Assembly: GCA_951406725.2 (NCBI GenBank)
Contig: OX597814.1
Span: forward strand, 204,228,001 to 204,292,000
Direction of reading: 5' to 3'
DNA: 64,000 nt
DNA from: Octopus vulgaris
Taxonomy: Eukaryota
Every line of letters begins with the position of its first letter. Position 1 is the first letter of the stretch. The position numbers and the translations under genes are program-made. The notes beneath the pieces are model-generated. The model worked only from the letters and a program-made list of their open reading frames with translations, ran no database searches and was not told where the DNA came from. This document shows positions 63,885 to 64,000 of this stretch, in pieces.

Positions 63885-64000
63885 ACATGCATGTGTGTGT
63901 GTCATCATACATATGTCATCACACACACACTAGAAAAACAAGTTAAGTCAAGACTTACAGATTACAATTCTTGTTCAAGAAAATTCAATTTATTTTAATT

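Overview
AT-rich eukaryotic DNA that is almost entirely interspersed repeats and microsatellites. The SINE/LINE complement (tRNA-headed CORE-like and Nin-like SINEs, many RTE LINE copies with (GAT)n tails) points to a coleoid cephalopod, probably Octopus (inference). I could not support an intact host gene; there are only isolated minus-strand exon candidates. Recognisable elements: five copies of one RTE lineage with a PHD-like finger inside the RT (best copy 6254-8721, one frameshift); R4-type, CR1-type and a second RTE-type LINE remnant; a Gypsy gag/protease remnant; a solo LTR nested in a piggyBac-like MITE; mariner, Tc1, maT and hAT fragments; a Penelope GIY-YIG remnant; and a TTAA MITE. 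The most interesting signals are: (1) minimal hammerhead-ribozyme motifs, some in head-to-head palindromes; (2) an ORF1-only, HAL1-like retroelement whose 3' tail is shared with a SINE family; (3) copy-variable hairpin arrays in the RTE 3' UTR that superficially resemble CRISPR; (4) repeated fold-back palindromes built from unrelated repeats. All alignments were made by eye and boundaries of decayed elements are approximate.
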